Assembly (NCBI RefSeq): GCF_963921235.1
Contig: NC_086097.1
Coordinates: 86,926,001 to 86,990,000, forward strand
Direction: 5' to 3'
DNA length: 64,000 nucleotides
From: Mobula hypostoma
Taxonomy: Eukaryota
Shown here: piece by piece, positions 51,600 to 64,000 of the stretch
Numbering within the stretch: the first letter of the stretch is position 1
How the letters are laid out: each line of letters begins with the position of its first letter
Translations under genes and position numbers: made by a program
Notes under the pieces: generated by a model
Databases searched by the model: none
Seen by the model: only the letters and a program-made list of their open reading frames with translations
Told to the model about the DNA's origin: nothing

Positions 51600-53300
51600 T
51601 CTTGTGCATTAATGATGTGACTATAGTAAGTGATGCTTGTTTTAAAGAATTCATACTTGTTGCATCACACCCTGAGCCTATAATCATCTAATTTTTTAAA
51701 TACTGTCTTGAGCTTTTGGAGATGTTCCCTGTCATCCTCACCAGTAAGAAAGATGTCATCCAGGTAACACTGAGTTCCTGGGTAGCCTGTTACATCTATC
51801 ATTTCCACTGGAGTTATCGTTTCTCTAGTATAAGTTCTTAATTAGATATCTGCAGGCTTCAGTTCAGTATTTTTGATATGCCATTCAAACTCATTTTCTG
51901 GAATGGATGAAATAGCTGAGCCAGTGTCCAATTCCATTTTAATTCATTTGCTGTTGACTTCTGGTGTAAGTCATATTGCATGTCACTTGTTAGTTTTCAC
52001 ATTGTAAGTCTCAAGGCTAATAAACCTATGTCACCCTCATCATTATCAGATTTTTCAACAACTGCATGTGCAGATTAGTGCTCTTTTTGAAGCTGCAACT
52101 TGATTTTTTTTATACTTTTCTCTTCCCTGTGCAGTTCATTTATTTTTATTTGCCCAACATGCTCTTTGTATGTGTCCTGCTTTGTTGCATTTTCTGCAAG
52201 TTTCACCTTTATATCTGCATTAGTCTGGTGTATGTGACCTCCTGCCATAACAATAACACAATTTGCTCAGCCAGGCAAGTTTCTGTTTCGATGGTGTAAT
52301 TTTGTTCATGCTCACTTTCATTCCTGACTGCAACTAAGTTGTGTCTCTGATTTCTGTTTCCATTGATACAGCAATTTCAACTGCTCTTTTAAATGCAAGT
52401 TGTGCCTCAGTTAGGAACTGTTTTTGAATGCTTTCTATGATGATTCCACAAGCTAATGGATCTCTCAGTACATCATTAAGCCCATCTCTGAAATGACAAT
52501 GCCCAGATCGCTTATTCAATTCAGCTACTTAAGCTGAAATGAACTCCATTCCATTTGATTTCACTTATGAAACCTAAAGCATTCTTCAATCCAATGGTTT
52601 CAGTTCTAAATGTTTCTACATTACATTCACAATATCAGCAAGGATAATTTTGGCTGGTTTGGTTGGAACTGTCAAATTTCTAAGCAAACTCTATGCTTTT
52701 CCACCGATTGCACTCTGTAAAACTGGCACTCTTTTTTCATCAGCAATTCCATTTGCTTTAAAATGCTGATCAATTTGTTCAGTATACATCATCCAGTTAT
52801 CTGCAATCAAACACATCTATCCTTTCAGTGTAACGAGCCATTTCTGTTTTTTTATATTATTATGGTTATCAGCCGGTACTCAGAGTTCATGAACCTATGA
52901 ATTTTGCCTGTTTTCTGCCTTCAAACATTTCTCTCCCCTTGCGATGTGAAACATGCTGCACATTTTTTAAACTTGAATGTCATTCTCCCCCCTTGCGAAG
53001 AAGGAGACATACTAGACTTTAACAAGTAGGTAGTCATCTCAGGTTCATTTTAAAAGTTACTTGTTGCCACTGTTATATTTTATAACTCCAGAAATTAATC
53101 AGAAGGAAAACACGGGAGCCTAGAAAAACGTTTGCTTTGGTTTATCATAGTGAGGCACACACTTATCATGCGGTGACATATTGACGTATACCATTCACCT
53201 ACTTTTGCATATAACCCGTAATGAATTATTTAAACAACAATGAATGCTTAATTAAACAATATATGTACAATATTACTCAAATATTACTGAAGTATTAATT
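51600..53300 (-). mobile_element. Degenerate Mag-like Gypsy: 5' LTR (about 53071-53300), PBS, gag and RT scraps
   Basis: LTR end ..AACA followed by TGGCAAC; RDPLACGI..IQKQFLTEAQLAFKRAVEIA; CYLDDIFLTG near 51750. Confidence 0.75.
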
Positions 53301-53319
53301 CAATTCACATATCAACACA

Positions 53320-54600
53320 ACTGATCGACAGATAACGCAATAGCCACAGCTCTACACACCATCCTTACACATCCGGAGAAGAAGGATACTTATGTGAGAA
53401 TGCTGTTCTTGGGCTACAGTTCAGCATTCAACACCATAATTCCGTCCAGGTCCAACAAGAAGCTCAGGGACCTCAGCCTTCACCCTGCCTTGTGCAGCTG
53501 GATCCTGGGCTTCCCGTCAGATCACCAGCAGGTGGTAAGAGTGGGTTCCCTCACCTCTGCCCCTCTGACCCCCAACACAGGTGCCCCTCAGGGCTGTGTC
53601 TTAAGTCCCCTCCTTTGCTCTCTGTGTATACCCATGACTGTGTTGCCACCCACAGCTCCAATCTGCTAATTAAATTTGCTGATGATACTACATTGATCGG
53701 CCTAATCTCAGATAATAACAAGGCAGCCTACAGAGAAGAAGTCATCACCCTGACACAGTGGTGTCAAGAAAACAACATCTCCCTCAATGTCACAAAAAGA
53801 AAGGAGCTGGTTCTGGACTACAGGAAGAGTGGAGACAAGCCTTTATGACATTAATGGATCCACCGAGATGCAACACAGAGCGTCATAGGAAGTCATTCCA
53901 GCCTGTGGCCATCAAACTTTACAACTCCTCCCTTGGGGGTCAGACACCCTGAGCCAATAGGCTGGTCCTGGACTTATTTCCTGGCATAATTTACATATCA
54001 CTATTTAATTATTTATGGTGCAACTGTAACGAAAACCAATTTTCCCCGGGATCAATAAAGTATGACTATGACTATGACTATGATCTGGGGTTGGGAGGGT
54101 AAACAGCTTTAAATTCCTCAGCACACACATTATGGAGGATCTCACATGGCCTGTACATACCAGTTGTGTGGTGAGAAAAGCACAACAGCGCCTCTTTCAC
54201 CTCAGATGGTTGAAAAAGTTTGGCATGGGGCCCCACATCTTAAGAACTTTCTACAGGGGAACAATTGAGAGCATCCTGACTGGCTGCATCACTACCTGGT
54301 ATGGAAACTGTACTTCCCTCAATCGCAGGACTCTACAGAGAGTGGTGTGGACAGCCCAGCATATCTGTATTTGTGAACTTCCCACTATTCAGGACATGTA
54401 CGTTTGTACAAAGACAGGTGTGTAGGCCCAAAGGATCGTTAGAGACCCAAGTCAACCCAACCACAAACCGTTCCAGCTGCTACCATCTGGGAAACAGTTC
54501 TGCAGCATAAAAGCCAGGACCAACAGGCTTCGAGACAGCTTCTTCCACCAGGCCATCAGACTGATTAATTCACGCGGATACAATTGTATTTCTATATTAT
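53320..54600 (+). mobile_element. Rex/L2-type LINE with a nested Rex1 3' end (about 53857-54082)
   Basis: YSSAFNTIIP, GAPQGCVLSP, KFADDTT; the insert matches 19590-19830. Confidence 0.85.
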
Positions 54601-56002
54601 ATTGACTGTTTTGTAGTACATACCCCGTCATTGTGGCTATCCCTTGAGGTCGAGGATGATGGTCTTCGTTCTGAAGAAGTGGCCCACAGAGCGAAGACGC
54701 CTGTGCATGTATTTGTTTAATGTGTACTTGAGGTTGCACTCCAAGAAGCACACGATACTTCACAAATCAACCAACTGATTCCAACGGCATGGAAACCACG
54801 ACGATTGGAGCTGATGGATTTGTTGCAGCCTTCATCCACCTTCACAGCCGTTGAGTTCGAAGTAGCTTCGTCTGCCTGTTCCACCGTTGAGGTCTTGGAT
54901 GGATTGTACATACTATTTGTTGCAAATTACTATAAAATGCACATTGCACATTTAGACGGAGATGTAAGATAAGGGTTTTTACTCCTCATGTATATGAAGG
55001 ATGTAAGTGATAAAGTCAACTCAATTCAATACATATAGACACTGTACACTTGCTCAACAGGTGTACGACCATGCCAGTGGACAATCACCCACACAACTGC
55101 TTCAGCAACTTTGGGGATTCATACTACATACACTGAGGGGGGTGTTGTGGGGTTGAGAGAGTGCACCCCTCTGGAAATGCCACTGCCATAAGCATGCCAA
55201 CACCACTGCTCAACTGTCTCTGTTTGCGCAGTCCGTATTGAAGCACAGGCATTGACACGAAGTCCGCTGCACATGCCTGATCCATAGTAAGCCCTCGTGC
55301 TCTCACCTATTGTCCACCATGATCCCCCATCCACTTCTCTGCTCCACCACCACTGAGGTGACTGAGGCGGCTGTTCTGAGAGTCAGAGGTGTCAGGTGAT
55401 TGACACTGTAGGTGAAGCTGTAGGGCTCCAGAATTTGAATGTGGTGCAACCCGACATGCACTCCAACCCAGGCGTGTCTTGTCCAACCTTTCTGTAAGTG
55501 ACAGTCAATGAGGAAGTTTTACACAGGTTAATTGACCCAACTGCCTTATGCCCAGGCATGTGCTTTACTTAACCTCTTAAAAGGAATCCTACATCATTGC
55601 ATAACTTACCAACTCTATCTTCCCTCACTCCATCATGTATTCCTCTCTCTTCCTCTTTAGGTCTACGTTACCCACTACAATGGTGTGTTCCACATTTTGG
55701 GCTGTTCAAGGAAGTATCTCTTGACTTATTTGTTGGTTTCATTAAGTGACTCTGGCTTGCAAATTTGGAGATTTCTATTTGATTGGAAATGTTTTTCTTT
55801 CCTACTTAATCAAGGCCTATCATTTATAGAGCCTCTGTCAGGTTATTCCTCAAATACCTGGATTCAAGAACGTGAAAAAGACATTTATGTAGGTATGGGT
55901 AGGAAAGTTTAATGGGTCATAGACCAAATGCAGGCAAATGGTAGACAATCAGGCCAGCATGGATGAGTTGGGCTGATGGGCCTGTTCCCATGTTGTATAA
56001 CC

Positions 56003-57170
56003 CTTTTTTTCTTTCTTTTTCAATCTTTTTATTAGTTTCATAGAATATAAACATAACATAGCAATAATACAAAGTTGTTGGGAATACATTATTATTCTTA
56101 ACATGAGTAATTATAAAACCAAATATATTTAATTGACAGAACTCCCAATTATGTAGGATACCATTGAATAATACAGGGCAAAAAGAAAATATCTAGACAA
56201 AAATCATGAAAAAAGAAAAAAAAATAACAAAACCCCCTCAAAAAAAAAACTAATCTAAACAGAATTAATCAACTAAACTAAAAAAAGACCTGGGCAATTT
56301 TAACAACGTAAAAGTGGAAGAAGAGAAAACCTTAGTGTCGACGACTCCGTTCCTCTCAATCAACACTACAGAGAAGTAAAATAAGTTTGGAAATGGTCAA
56401 ATTACATCATATGAAAATGCTGAATAAATGGTCTCCAAGTTTTTCAAATTTAATGGAAGGGTCATAAACCACACTTCTAATTTGTTCCAAATTTAAACAC
56501 AACATAGTTTGTGAAAACCAGTGAAGTACAGTAGGAGGGTTAATCTCTTTCCAATTCAGCAAAATGGATCTTCTAGCCATTAAAGTAAGAAATACAATCA
56601 TCCGACGAGCTGAAGAGGTTAAATGATTTGAGTCTATCATTGGTAATCCAAAAATAGCGGTAATTGGGTGAGGTTGTAAGTCTGTATTCAAAACCATTGA
56701 AATAATATCAAAAATATGTTTCCAATATTTTTCCAACAAAGGACATGACCAAAACATGTGAGTTAAAGAAGCTATCTCGGAATGACATCTATCACATATA
56801 GGATTAATATAAGAATAATAACGAGATAGTTTATCTTTGGACATATGAGCCCTGTGCACTACTTTAAACTTATCAACACATGTTTAGCACATATAGAGGA
56901 TGAATTAACTAATTGAAGAATTTTTTCCTATTTTTCAGTCGGTATAATAATCTTAAGTTCTCTTTCCCAATCAGTTTTACTTTTATTGGAAACATCAGGA
57001 CATAAATTCATAATTATATTATAAATAACTGCTAGAACACTTTTCTGAGAGAGATTTAGATCTAAAATTTTTTCCAAACTATCCATTGGATATGAGTGTG
57101 GAAAATTAGGAGAAACAGTAATTAAAAAGTTTCTAATCTGTAGGTATCTAAAAAATATAACTCTAAGCAA
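56003..57170 (-). mobile_element. L1-clade LINE 3' end
   Basis: FFRYLQIR; CDRCHSEIASLTHMFWSC; A-rich tail near 56003-56030. Confidence 0.88.
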
Positions 57171-58320
57171 TGAAGATTTCTCATACCCTTTTCTGGTTTC
57201 AAGCTTTTCAAGTCTGACATCAGACTTGTGTATTTTTCATATACGGTTTCAATAATTTGCAATATGTAAATCAGAATAATGCACATGTTCGCACTCTGTC
57301 TTGATAACTAAGCTCCAATAAATACTTAACTCAACTTTCCTGATTTTCTAATTCAATTCCACTAGAAGTGAACCATGGTGCTTTCATATACGTAATTTTG
57401 CTCTTACTAATCGAATTAAAAACACTTGCTTATCTTTATTTATTAATTTATTGAGATACACTGTGAAATAGGCCCTTCTGGCCCTTCGAGCTATGCCGTC
57501 CAGCAACCCCAGATTTAATCTGAGCCAGATCATAGGACAATTTACAATAACCAATTAACCTACAAATTGTTACAACTTTGGACTGTGGGAGGAAACTGGA
57601 GCATCTGGAAGAAACCCACGTGATCAGGTGAAGGATATACAAACTCCTTTCAGGCAGTGGTGGGAATTGAACCTGGGTCGTCTATACTATGAGCCATGGT
57701 GTTATCATGCTGCCCCAGCTTGCTTTATGAGTTCAATAGATTTTATTGTAAAAGGAAAGCCAATACGGTTGCACCCATTTAACTCTGAGGGTTGTTGATA
57801 TTTGTTTGTACTTGGTATGTTACCTAGAGAAAAACATCCTATAAGTGGCCTTTTATATGTTCTACCAGCCTTGAGTTCAGGTCAGAGTAAACAGAAGTAT
57901 AACCTCTATTATTGTTAATATATTTTAAAATGCACTCTGATATATCTCAATGGAGGTTCAAAAAGGGTCAAGATGAAGTTTCATTTTTACATCTTGAGCA
58001 CACAATTGAGTTCCCCAACTCTCAAAATCTACCTTTTCATGTGTGTGTTCTTCTACATATTGTTGCTAAACAAAGATGTGGACTAATTGGATCGAATGGT
58101 CTATTTCTGTAAATGGAATATTCCATGTTTTTCATGTTTGCAAACTCTTAGAGCAGAATCATACAGTAAAACATTAAGTCTTGAGTAATGTTTCCTTGTG
58201 AGTGTTGCAAGTCTTTAGAACTCTTCCAAAGTGGCAGGGGTAGTCTCTGAATATCTTAAGGTGGTGTGACATTTTACCATTATATCAATCTTGACCTCAC
58301 TAAATGAAGAAGCAGGTTTG

Positions 58321-60047
58321 AACATAAAACATAAAACATAGAATAATACAACACATTACAGGCCCTTCGGCCCACAATGTTGTGCAGACCCTCAAACCTT
58401 GCCTCCCATATAACCCCCCACCTTAAATTCCTCCATATACCTGTCTAGTAGTCTCTTAAACTTTGCTAGTGTATCTGCTTCCACCACTGACTCAGGCAGT
58501 GCATTCCATGCACCAACCACTCTCTGAGTAAAAAACCTTCCTCTAATATCTCCCTTGAACTTCCCACTCCCATCTTAAATTTATGTCCTCTTGTACTGAG
58601 CAGTGGTGCACTGAGGAAGAGGCGCTGGCTGTCCACTCTATCTATTCCTCTTAATATCTTGTACACCTCTATCATGTCTCCTCTCAACCTCCTTCTCTCC
58701 AAAGAGTAAAGCCCTAGCTCCCTTAATCTCTGATCATAATCCATACTCTCTAAACCGGGCAGCATCCTGATAAATCTCCTCTGTACCCTTTCCAATGCTT
58801 CCACATCCTTCCTATAGTGAGGTGACCAGAACTGGACACAGTACTCCAAGTGTGGCCTAACCAGAGTTTTACAGAGCTGCATCATTACATCGCGACTCTT
58901 AAACTCTATCCCTCGACTTATGAAAACTAACACCCTGTAAGCTTTCTTAACTACCCTGTCTACCTGTAAGGCAACTTTCAAGGATCTGTGGACATGTAGC
59001 CCCAGATCCCTCTTCTCCTCCACACTACCAAGTATCCTACCACTTACATTGTAATCTGCTTTGGAGTTTGTCCTTCCAAAGTGTACCACCTCACACTTCT
59101 CTGGGTTGAACTCCATCTGCCACTTCTCAGCCCACTTCTGCATCCAATCAATGTCTCTCTGCAATCTTCGACAATCCTCTACACTATCTACAACACCATC
59201 AAAATTTGTGTCGTCTGCAAACTTGCAGACCCACTCTTCTAAGTATTCGTTGAGGACCTCACTATCTTCCACAGCCTCTAGGCACATCTTCCCACCTTTA
59301 TCTCTAATCGTTCCTACCTTCACTCCTGCCATCCTTTTGTTCGTCACATAATTGAAGAATGCCTTGGGGTTTTCCTTTACCCTACTCGCCAAGGCCTTCT
59401 CATGCCCCCTTCTTGCTCTTCTCAGCCCCTTCTTAAGCTCCTTTTTTGCTACTCTATATTCCTTAATAGACCCATCTGATCCTTGCTTCCTACACCTCAT
59501 GTATGCTGCTTTCTTCCACCTGACTAGATTTTCCACCTCACTTGTCACCCATGGTACCTTCACCCTACCATTCTTTATCTTCCTCACCAGGACAAATTTA
59601 TCCCTAATATCCTGCAAGAGATCCCTAAACATTGACCACATGTCCGTAGTACATTTTCCTTCAAAAACATCATCCCAATTCACATCCGCAAGTTCTAGCC
59701 TTATAACCTCATAATTTGCCCTTCCCCAGTTAAAAATTTTCCTGTCCTCTCTGACTCTATCCTTTTCCATGATAATGCAAAAGGTCAGGGAGCAGTGGTC
59801 ACTGTCTCCCAGATGCTCACCCACTGAGAGATCTGTGACCTGACCTGATTCGTTACCTAATACTAGATCTAGTATGGCATTCCCTCTAGTCAGCCTATCA
59901 ACATACTGTGACAGGAATCCGTCCTGGACACACTTAACAAACTCTGCCCCATCTAAACCCTTGGAACTAATCAGGTACCAATCAATATTAGGGAAGTTAA
60001 AGTCACCCATGATAACAACCCTTTTATTTTTTGCACCTTTCCAAAAG
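58321..60047 (-). mobile_element. CR1 LINE with in-frame internal deletion (514-aa ORF 58466-60010)
   Basis: GDFNFPNIDW, DSDH, ...LNEYL|EEWVCKFADD...; tail (ATGTTTT)n at 58321-58345. Confidence 0.92.
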
Positions 60048-62629
60048 GATTATAACACAGGAGGAATCCATGTTAGAATCCATCTTTGGTTCATCAGAGA
60101 TGGGCTTAATTGTCAAATGCACTTCAGGAAAAACTTGTCCATATGCAAGGTCATTCCCTAACAATAGAGAAACATCATTCATGGGTAAACTGGGTTGTGG
60201 TCCTACTTTAGCAGGTCCTGAAACTAACTCTGATCTTAAAATTTCTCTATACAGATATACTGGCATAAGGGCACTCCCAACACCTCGTATATAGTTTATC
60301 TCACCAGAGTTAGACTCATTACTAAATCCTAGAACACTGCCTAACATAAGTGACTGAGAAGCTCCAGTATCCTTAAGAATTTTTATTGGCACTGGAGTGG
60401 ACTCCTCTTTCAAGGATACAAATTCCTTGATTATAAAATGATCATATGCATTCTTAACTTGGTCAGACCCAGGCAAAGCTTCATTTGAATTTCTTGAACC
60501 CTGTGGATTTACAGGTGTTTCAATATGCTGCACACAGGTATCTGGGACTGCCTCCTTCTCCTTTTTCTTCAGTCGGAAACTGTTAGCGATTACATGACCA
60601 GGTTTCCTGCAATAATTACAAATAGGATCAAAAGGTCTTTCCTTCACTTGTTTCCCTTCCTCCTGACCTTTCTCACTAACTTCTGCTTTGATTTCTGGTC
60701 TACCCTGACTATCCATGCTAGTTTTTTTTCTTAAAAGTTCTACCCGGAGGAAATTTACTCTTATGGATTAAAGCATACTCATCAGCTAATTTAGCAGATT
60801 CCTGCAATGTAGCAGTGTCCCTCTCATTCAAGTATGTCCTTATGTCAACAGGGACGCACCTTTTAAATTCCTCCATTTAAATCAACTCTTTCAAGGTATC
60901 ATACTCCCCATTCACATTTTTAGAGGTAACCCATCGCTCAAAACACACAGATTTATCGTAAGTAAATTCCACATGAGTTTGGTCCATAGATTACTTCAAA
61001 TTTCTAAATCTGTCTCTATAAGCTTACGGAACCAGTTCATATGCTTTCAGTATATGTTGCTTCACAATATCATAATCAAGTGCTTGTTCAGCAGTTAAAG
61101 CTGTATAAACTTGTTGTGCTTTACCTTTAATTACGCTTCGTAACAGCACTGGCCATTTCTCTTTCAGCCACTCTGAAATCTGAGCAACTGTCTCAAAATT
61201 CTGGTAGTATTTATCATCTTCTGCCTCATTAAATGGAGGAGTGAATTTAATTTCCTGACTAGCAACAAATGGTTTCCTAGAATCAGAGGACTGATTCTCA
61301 GAACTTAACCACTCTATCACTAGCTCAAATTCCCTCTTTTTATCTGCTTCTCTAGCTTTGAATTCCCTTTGTTTATTTGCAGCTTCTAACTGACTTTGTT
61401 CCAAGTCAGCTTCTAATTGTTTTTGTTTTAACTCAGCTTCTACTCTAAGCTTCTCTAATGCTACCTGTTCCATGAGTAACTGGAACGCTTTTTTACTTAC
61501 AAGGAACTTATCTAACTCCACTTCATCAAAAGCTTCCAAATTTGTATAGTGTTCAGCGATTCTCCTCTGAATTACTGTCTTAGTTGTAACTGTCGATATT
61601 CCTTTAAAGTCCAACCTTCTAGCAATCTCTTATACATCACCCTTTTTCGCCTTCGCTAATACCACCGGGGCTGGTGATGCCAGAAAGCCGTCAATATCCA
61701 TTGCTGCTGATTACCACACACAAACCAATCAAACAAAACAAATCGAATATATCCCCTTTACCAATCAGATCGATAATTAAACAAGCAATTAAGCTCAAAA
61801 TCAGAATGGAACAGGATGAGCCCCCACTTTTGTCACGTGTCCAGCAACAATGGATATGAAATTGAGTCAGATTTTATAAACTTTCAACGATATTTATTAA
61901 CCTCTACTCAAAAACATAGAAAAGTTAAAAATTAGCTTAGCCGGAAGTTAACCGTTATGCGGCTATATTGAACAAACAGCTGAACTTAGAAATAGGTCTT
62001 AAAGTGGTAAATTCAAACACAGTCTTAAAACAGTCAGTTGAAAAGTCCTAGTGATTTTTACAGTCTTTAAGTAGAGACTTTACCCCAGCAACAATTACTC
62101 CGAAGAAAATGACAAATCTGCCGATCACAGTCCAATGATGCCTTGTTGAAGCAATCACAAAGAAATAAAGGAACTGACCTTTTCTCTCAGGCGGGTGGAC
62201 ACTGCACAAACCGTCCTGACCTTGCAGGGGTTTAACTCAAACGTGCCTGCTACAATTTCTCGGACGATTCCAATTCCAAACAGTCGATCACTTCCAAAAC
62301 ACTGAACGTTGTTAACTTTACCCAACCCTTTGCATTCCCGTACAATGGTAAGGTCTTCACTCTCCAATACTAGACTGCAAAAGTAAAACAAATGTGCAAC
62401 AAACAAAAACTGGCAGCGATTAGCGAAACTGCCGGCAACAACGTGTTTGCACCTTAAAATAGAAAGTAAAAAACTGCGTCACACTTTGGCGGGCTTCCTT
62501 AAATACAGTAGGGAACATGCCATCATGTGACATAACATCACCCCACGGTCATGAGACAATTACATCATCCCACTCATAAGACCATTACATCATTCCACTG
62601 TCCCGTGATCAAACTGTGGGCACGTAACA
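60048..62629 (-). mobile_element. Gmr1-like Gypsy, 3'-truncated: LTR 61831-62629, tRNA-Pro-like PBS, SCAN-type gag, zinc knuckle, protease
   Basis: PBS TGGGGGCTCATCC (61826-61814); PPFNEAEDDKY..FE..A...W..EKW...GKAQQVY..DYDIVK..ILKAYELVP; CNYCRKPGH; DTGASQS..LLLGNDL. Confidence 0.88.
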
Positions 62630-62769
62630 CTTGCAGCATGATTTGTTTTAAGGGGTGTCTCATCCCCTTCAAAAGTTCTTCTGATTCAGATGTGCAGTTG
62701 GTATAATGAGCACCAGATGGCAGTATTTACCTTCTGCTGGCAGAACTACCCGAATGTAGTTTTTTAAAT

Positions 62770-62920
62770 GCTTCGCACACAAAATGCAGGAGGAAATCAA
62801 CAAGTCTCAGGGGAACAAACAGTTGACATTTTGGCTGATACCCTTCATCAGGACTGGGAATGAAGAGGGCAGAAACCAGAATTAGAAAGTGGAAGGAGGC
62901 AAAGGAGTAGGGAGGGAGTT
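62770..62920 (-). mobile_element. Old Penelope terminal remnant with a dead hammerhead (62821-62855)
   Basis: AGTC CTGATGA AGGGTATCAGCC AAAA TGTC AACT (GAAA changed to AAAA). Confidence 0.6.
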
Positions 62921-63514
62921 TCAATTACAAATCACTTTTCATCTTTTGTCCTTTACTACCTATGGCCCCAAGTTAATCTTGTAGCTATTTTCCTTTACAA
63001 TAGTCTTTTCATTAGAAAAACATACTTTCCATTTATGCTATTGTATCCCGTCACAAATGTAAATTTTTCTATCGAGTCCTTCTTATCACCTCTATTCCAA
63101 TGAAGAAAGATCCAGTTTTTTTTAGATTGTTGTTGTTCATAGTTCCTCATACCAGATGGCATCCTAGTGAATATACATTGTGCCTTCTCCATCTCTGTCT
63201 CACAGTATGAGGCTCAAAATAATTTGTTATGCTCTGGCTATATTATCAATTCATTGCACCTCTTCAGTCGTGTTGTTTTGTTTTATGTTCAAGTTGTAAT
63301 TTGTACATTTCACTGATAAATTCAGTATTTTTTCTGCCTTGTTGCCTTTGAGAAAGCTGTTTCTTGGTGAAAAGCAGCAGGTAAACCCAAAATACTGTCA
63401 GGTAGGGAGAATTAATTTTATGGTCCAATGCTGGTGATGGAATGGTGATGTGTGTTGGGATGGTCTTGGTGATCGATACTTTCTGTAGCTATTTCTACAA
63501 ACAAAGATATTCAA

Positions 63515-64000
63515 AGTTCTAAGTAAATTTATTATCAAAGTATAAACATGTCACCATATACTACCCTGAGATCAGTCTTGCAGGCATTCACAGTAAATAG
63601 AAAGAAACACAATAGAATCAGTGAAAAACCTCACACGACAGAAACAGAAAATCAACCGATGTACAAAAGACAACAAACTGTGCAAATATAAGAATAAATA
63701 AATGAGCAATAAATATTGAGAATATCAGTTGCAGAGTCATTAAAATTGAGTCCAGAGTTATGGAATCAGTTCGGTGTTGAGGTGTGTGAGGTTCAAAAAC
63801 GTTATGGTTGGGGGGTAATTGCTGTTCCTGAACCTAGTGGTGTGGGATTTGAGGCTCCTGTGCCTTCTTCCTGATGGCAGAGGTGAGAAGAGAGCTTGGC
63901 CTGGATAGTGGCATCTTTGATGATGGACGCTCCATTCCTGCAACACCGCTCTTTGTAAATGTGCTCAGTGATGGGGAGGGCCTCACCTGTAATGGACTGG
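63515..64000 (-). mobile_element. Rex/L2-type LINE 3' end
   Basis: LFSPLPSGRRHRSLKSHTTRFRNSNYP; 3' UTR resembles 2775-2960 and 34545-34740. Confidence 0.7.

Overview
Repeat-dominated vertebrate DNA. The CR1/Penelope/Rex/L1 repeat mix suggests a cartilaginous fish, probably a ray (inference). I found no intact cellular gene. The only host-gene signal is four colinear, GT-AG-bounded minus-strand exons (41488 to about 17434) homologous to the catalytic half of GALNT11; each carries a stop or frameshift, so this is a non-processed pseudogene. The rest is nested transposon debris: a complete LTR-to-LTR Gypsy element, Gmr1-like and Mag-like Gypsy fragments, solo LTRs, CR1, Rex/L2-type, RTE, R4/Dong-like and L1 LINEs (one twin-primed), Tc1/Tigger and hAT DNA transposons, and tRNA-SINEs. 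The most striking structure is a young Penelope-like family. Its ends carry minimal hammerhead ribozymes (about 10 copies, several perfectly intact), and it inserts as tail-out inverted structures with 14-bp TSDs, down to a 299-bp non-coding two-ribozyme hairpin. All protein-family assignments come from recalled motifs, not database searches.
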